A DNA stretch of 38,427 nt from Candidatus Zixiibacteriota bacterium (GTDB taxonomy: Bacteria; Zixibacteria; MSB-5A5; GN15; FEB-12). Shown here one piece after another: positions 35,151-38,427 of the stretch. Both the position numbers and the translations under genes were made by a program. Positions within the stretch are counted from its first letter, which is position 1. Every line of letters starts with the position of its first letter. The stretch lies in assembly GCA_003641405.1 (NCBI GenBank), contig QNAF01000001.1, forward strand, positions 1 through 38,427. The letters run 5' to 3'. The notes beneath the pieces are model-generated. The model ran no database searches, was not told the origin of the DNA, and saw nothing but the letters and a program-made list of their open reading frames with translations.

Positions 35151-35975
35151 CTAATGCTCCAGCAACGATCGGCGTTGTTCCAGCAGTCGAAGCAACGGCA
35201 AACCAAGAAGATAGCACGCAATGAGCTGCCCCACACCTACCATTTGCACCGAAAACCAGTAGTTCACACCGATAATCGGGGCAAGATAAAGTGAAACTCC
35301 GAACGCATTCAGTAAAACCGGTGGTAATGGCGCAATGAGCACGTTGGGGTTTCTGCCGGCACATATGATATCTGCAAATATCCAGGTAACAGTCCAGGCC
35401 GCCAGTAGCGCAATCACCCCGAGAATCTGTTCCATTGACATGTCCGCTAAACCACTCAGCATCGGTAGAATCACGAGACAGGCAAGAGAGGCGAAACGGA
35501 GAATATGGATTAGCATCCAGTTGAGTTGTCCAGAATTCCTAAAACGAGCCGCGCTCAATAGTAGCACAAGCGATATCGCTGCAAGACCAATGACCGGTAA
35601 TCTCAGAACTTCTTTGTTCAGCAACACAAGACCGCCCGCCCATAGCATAATTGCCGGTATTGCCGCCATGGCAGTACCAAACCTGCTCCTGGACAGATGA
35701 AACACTAATCGGGTAAGAATCGCGGCTATCAGCGTTATGAGCGAACCAAAAACGATGTCCTGCCAGCCCATTCCCCCAAACCAGTTAGCCAGCAAACATC
35801 CGATGAATAGCCCCGGAATGGCGGCCCTGGTAAGGAATGGCAATACTGTCAAAGCTTCCGCTACCCTGACCTGATAAACAGCAAATGAAATCGGTGCGAA
35901 AACCAGGCAAAGGACTGCATAAGCTGCTGCAATCAGACCTGCCTGGGCAATCTCTCGTATACTAAGCGGACGCAT
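35151..35975 (-). CDS. QueT-family (queuosine-precursor transporter-like) membrane protein with a ~105-aa internal insertion
   Basis: From M at 35975: IREIAQAGLIAAAYAVLCLVFAPISFAVYQVRVAEALTVLPF..IPGLFIGCLLANWFG..QDIVFGSLITLIAA, and C-terminal LIAPLPPVLLNAFGVSLYL..VGVGQLIACYLLGLPLLRLLEQR. These match the QueT pattern as I recall it. The ORF track extends the gene to 36056, which would overlap the upstream gene. Confidence 0.7.
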   Translation of the reverse strand: MRPLSIREIAQAGLIAAAYAVLCLVFAPISFAVYQVRVAEALTVLPFLTRAAIPGLFIGCLLANWFGGMGWQDIVFGSLITLIAAILTRLVFHLSRSRFGTAMAAIPAIMLWAGGLVLLNKEVLRLPVIGLAAISLVLLLSAARFRNSGQLNWMLIHILRFASLACLVILPMLSGLADMSMEQILGVIALLAAWTVTWIFADIICAGRNPNVLIAPLPPVLLNAFGVSLYLAPIIGVNYWFSVQMVGVGQLIACYLLGLPLLRLLEQRRSLLEH

Positions 35976-36006
35976 TGCCCCATGTAAGGAGCCCCACCCT
36001 GAAGTG

Positions 36007-36645
36007 TCAAACAGTTTTTGGAGAAGTGTGGCGGGGTTGTTTGACACGTAGTTCAAGTACGTCTACCAGTTCTATCTCTTTCTTTCGCCTGCTTCGACAA
36101 TCACGAACAACCAGCCGAAGTCCGTCCCGCGTCACTTTGATGGCCACCGGCTGATAGGGACGTAGTTTCTGAGACAAACCCTGGGTACTGATTAATACCA
36201 CGCTCGATTTGACCTTTGCTGTCGCAAATACCTCCACCATCTCGCTTTCCCGCGGATTAGTCGCCCTCTCAGGCACATCAGCAATCTGCAAAACACTTGA
36301 AGACCGAGATTCCGGAAGTTTTGAGCGAATCCTCAGTACTTTCCGACGTATCTGACCAAGTCGCTTTGCAATATACGAATAGCGCACCAGAGGATTGTGG
36401 CCGAGACAATATGCGATGATATCCAGGTCATCATCACCCAGCCTGCTAAAAAGGTTTTTCTCGCCACCTTCATTACCTGGTTCGACCAGATAACCGCCCG
36501 GTATATCAAGTTCCGCCAGAGTATTCAGGTAACGATACACAGTCCGCTCAGACACTCCGCACTCTTTGCTCATCTCGTCAATAGTGACATTCGATCTGTC
36601 TCTAATGAGCCTGGCAAGGTCCATTACTCGCCTGGTTTTGCTCAT
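36007..36645 (-). CDS. HTH (DeoR/HTH_11-type) transcriptional regulator with degenerate WYL-like C-terminal domain
   Basis: The ATG at 36645 is preceded by GGGGG. RRVMDLARLIRDRSNVTIDEMSKECGVSERTVYRYLNTLAELDIP is a winged HTH. The C-terminal RPYQPVAIKVTRDGLRLVVRDCRSRRKKEIELVDVLEL resembles a WYL beta-barrel but lacks the W-Y-L triad. Confidence 0.75.
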   Translation of the reverse strand: MSKTRRVMDLARLIRDRSNVTIDEMSKECGVSERTVYRYLNTLAELDIPGGYLVEPGNEGGEKNLFSRLGDDDLDIIAYCLGHNPLVRYSYIAKRLGQIRRKVLRIRSKLPESRSSSVLQIADVPERATNPRESEMVEVFATAKVKSSVVLISTQGLSQKLRPYQPVAIKVTRDGLRLVVRDCRSRRKKEIELVDVLELRVKQPRHTSPKTV

Positions 36646-36855
36646 ATTACCCCCGCATGCTACTTTGTCTCTCCGCCTACATTCCGGCGACACATTCATA
36701 GTGTGCGCCGCCGTGCTAATCCTGCCTGTCTGCTCCCGGTAGTGCCTTCCCCTCTACAACCACTAATACCATTATCGGACAAATGACTGACAGATGCCGT
36801 CAGTGCAAGTTGAAAAAGTGTAATCAGTCCCCTATGGTGCGGAAATTGACATTAT

Positions 36856-36870
36856 CTGGCAGTCTGCCAG
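36856..36870. promoter_or_regulatory. perfect 7-1-7 palindrome CTGGCAG-t-CTGCCAG between the two regulator genes
   Basis: Read directly from the sequence. It lies 47 nt downstream of the WYL regulator stop and 211 nt upstream of the second regulator start. Related half-sites (GTCAGtCTGA, TCAGAtactgTCTGA, ACTGAC-n7-GTCAGT) lie within 36786-36925. Confidence 0.3.
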
Positions 36871-36916
36871 CGGCCGCAGCAGTGCCTTGTCAGATACTGT
36901 CTGAAAAAAACCGATG

Positions 36917-37873
36917 TCAGTCTGAATTATATGTACTGATCAGATACTCACCGACCAGCCTGAGTTCATCTCGCAGAGATGCCGGCGCTATAACTTCTGC
37001 CCGATCTCCGAACCCGAGTATCCAACGCTTGATCTCTTCGGTGCCGGCAACCGTCACTCGGTAAATGATTGATCCGTCCTCGGAAGGTTCCACTTTCTCC
37101 CTCGGATGGTGCTGACCGGACTGAATCACACGAGCGGCACTACCAACGAACCGAATAACCACTTCCATAGACTCGCCGCTGTACAACCTCCAGGCATCGT
37201 CGAAATAGTCCCTGGCGTTCACGCCGCTTTGTCGCACAAAATGATCGTCCGTACACGTAAGCTTGCGGACCCGGTCGATGCGAAATGTACGGAATCCATC
37301 GCGAAGCCGACAGAAGGCGACAAAGTAGAAAGCTCTTCCGCGGAAAATCATGAAGTACGGTTCGACCGTTCTGTGGGTAAGACCGTGTTCTATTGTCTCG
37401 TAGTCGATTTCAAGACGAACCTGCTCGCTGATTGCTTTTTCAATATCGGCATAGAATAGCTCAGCGTTTTCACGAGCCAGAGTAGTATCGATGTCAATGT
37501 GAGTAACATCCGGCGCTGTTCTCTTCTTCCGCTTGGTAACGTCAGAAAGACCCGCGTCCACTTTGGCCCTGATTTGCCTGAGAAGATTCGCATTGTGCCC
37601 CGTCATTTCCAGCGGCGACGATTCCAGCGCCAGCTTAAGACAGGAATACTCTTCGAAACTGAAATTCAGCGGTGGCAGGAAATTGCCAGAGGCAAGCTTA
37701 TAGCCGTTGTCATAGTAAATCGGAACGTTCGCCTCGGACAGACTGATAATGTCACGGTAGATCGAACGCTCAGTTACACCGCATTCTTCAGCTAAACGAG
37801 CTGCGTTCAGACTCTTTCGACTTCGAAGCAGGTTTAGAACATATAGGAGTCTGTCATACTTCGCCATTCCCAT
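36917..37873 (-). CDS. HTH-WYL-WCX transcriptional regulator (YafY/PafBC-like)
   Basis: The ATG at 37873 (or 37867) is preceded by GGAGG at 9 nt. The HTH is YDRLLYVLNLLRSRKSLNAARLAEECGVTERSIYRDIISLSEANVPI. The WYL domain is RTVEPYFMIFRGRAFYFVAFCRLRDGFRTFRIDRV. The WCX-like tail is IKRWILGFGDRAEVIAPASLRDEL. The ORF-track extension to 38134 is rejected. Confidence 0.88.
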   Translation of the reverse strand: MGMAKYDRLLYVLNLLRSRKSLNAARLAEECGVTERSIYRDIISLSEANVPIYYDNGYKLASGNFLPPLNFSFEEYSCLKLALESSPLEMTGHNANLLRQIRAKVDAGLSDVTKRKKRTAPDVTHIDIDTTLARENAELFYADIEKAISEQVRLEIDYETIEHGLTHRTVEPYFMIFRGRAFYFVAFCRLRDGFRTFRIDRVRKLTCTDDHFVRQSGVNARDYFDDAWRLYSGESMEVVIRFVGSAARVIQSGQHHPREKVEPSEDGSIIYRVTVAGTEEIKRWILGFGDRAEVIAPASLRDELRLVGEYLISTYNSD

Positions 37874-37893
37874 GGTATCATGCCTCCGGCACC

Positions 37894-37921
37894 AATATAT
37901 CCTTTTCACGATCTGCGTCAA
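37894..37921 (-). promoter_or_regulatory. candidate promoter of the WYL regulator (TTGACG-N16-TATATT on the minus strand)
   Basis: -35 is the reverse complement of 37916-37921, and -10 is the reverse complement of 37894-37899. It lies about 20 nt upstream of the ATG, with the GGAGG RBS in between. Confidence 0.45.
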
Positions 37922-38098
37922 TATGGGTTGTCCCCCATACTGAGGGCACTTCCCCATCCGTTCATCCCTCATAGATCGACCATATCTACTCTTGTATGTG
38001 CCTGCCATTCTTAGGCTTAGAGGATCCGTTGAAATCGGCATTCCGTTTGCCCTGTGTCCAACAAAACATGGCTGGAACCTTAACCCCAAGGGGGAAAC

Positions 38099-38427
38099 AT
38101 GGCCAATAGAAGAAAAAACCGCCGCGATAGTCAAAGCGGAAGCTTCATTGAATCAGGAGTGATCAGATTCGGCTCCAAGCTTCTGCTGGGTTCTGTAGTG
38201 GTGTTACTGTTCCTGACACTGACACAATGTACAGTGAAAAAGCCTGAAGCCCCGACATGGACAACTCAGCTAACTGTCCCAGTCGTCAACAGGACCTATG
38301 CAATGGAGGAAATTGTTGACAAGATCGACGAGGACGGAATCAGCATGGACGCCGAGGGATCTATCCTCTTTACGTTCAGCGAGGAAATCGATCCTGTCGT
38401 GGTGGACAGTTCCGAACTGACTATATC
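38099..38427 (+). CDS. hypothetical lipoprotein, N-terminal part (runs off the 3' end of the window)
   Basis: The ATG at 38099 is preceded by GGGGGAAAC. The frame stays open to the window end: MANRRKNRRDSQSGSFIESGVIRFGSKLLLGSVVVLLFLTLTQCTVKKPE.. (basic n-region, hydrophobic core, lipobox LTLTQC). It is absent from the ORF track, presumably because no stop is reached. Confidence 0.6.
   Translation, partial: MANRRKNRRDSQSGSFIESGVIRFGSKLLLGSVVVLLFLTLTQCTVKKPEAPTWTTQLTVPVVNRTYAMEEIVDKIDEDGISMDAEGSILFTFSEEIDPVVVDSSELTI

Noticed and set aside
35976-36010. Looked for a preQ1 riboswitch in front of the QueT-like gene.
   Set aside because: Only about 31 nt separate it from the upstream stop. The sequence (..cttcagggtggggctccttacatggggca ATG) does not resemble the preQ1-I/II cores as I remember them.
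36917-38134. ORF-track version of the WYL regulator with 87 extra N-terminal residues. The QueT ORF similarly extends to 36056, and the second regulator to 36699.
   Set aside because: The extensions overlap neighbouring genes or promoters and lack homology-like sequence. The internal ATGs have good RBSs and coincide with the start of the HTH domain or the first TM helix.

Overview
This is a 38.4-kb bacterial window of roughly balanced GC, probably from an uncultivated environmental lineage. That guess rests on the gene content (DUF1573, PEGA, SPOR, a dockerin-like tail, a 'GSLRDAI' beta-helix head) and is inference only. I call 27 protein-coding genes (two run off the window ends), 2 tRNAs, 1 transposase remnant, and several promoters and terminators.

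Layout:
- 1-6.6 kb: central-carbon genes around the oxaloacetate/acetyl-CoA node (pta, aminotransferase, pckA, FmdB zinc ribbon, GlcD-like FAD oxidase, citrate synthase).
- 6.7-10.4 kb: two tandem sensor histidine kinases with no response regulator.
- 10.9-17.3 kb: envelope and unknown genes (538-aa lipoprotein, PEGA/TPR membrane protein, small Cys-rich 'two-CW' protein, S9 peptidase).
- 17.3-21.0 kb: DegT aminotransferase, SPOR lipoprotein, cysteine synthase, DUF1573.
- 21.08-21.24 kb: tRNA-Gly(GCC) and tRNA-Cys(GCA).
- 21.5-25.7 kb: a ~1380-aa secreted beta-helix / 2x PPC-like / dockerin-like protein behind a perfect consensus sigma70 promoter.
- 25.9-27.1 kb: a monocistronic ferredoxin, then about 1 kb of non-coding scar with an IS256-family transposase remnant.
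- 27.1-29.2 kb: an orphan 685-aa lipoprotein.
- 29.3-37.9 kb: a long co-directional minus-strand array. In transcription order it holds two HTH/WYL regulators, a QueT-like transporter with an inserted helical bundle, an LbH nucleotidyltransferase-like protein, a GalT-like HIT enzyme, glgA, and a GT-C-like membrane protein translationally coupled to glgA.

I found no CRISPR array, integrase, rRNA or recognisable defence system.

The best candidates for something undescribed:
- the non-canonical glgA block coupled to a membrane GT-C-like protein
- the WYL-regulator pair with the QueT variant
- the stand-alone two-CW protein
- the giant secreted protein with its unassigned domain

All family calls come from motif recognition by eye. 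No searches were run.
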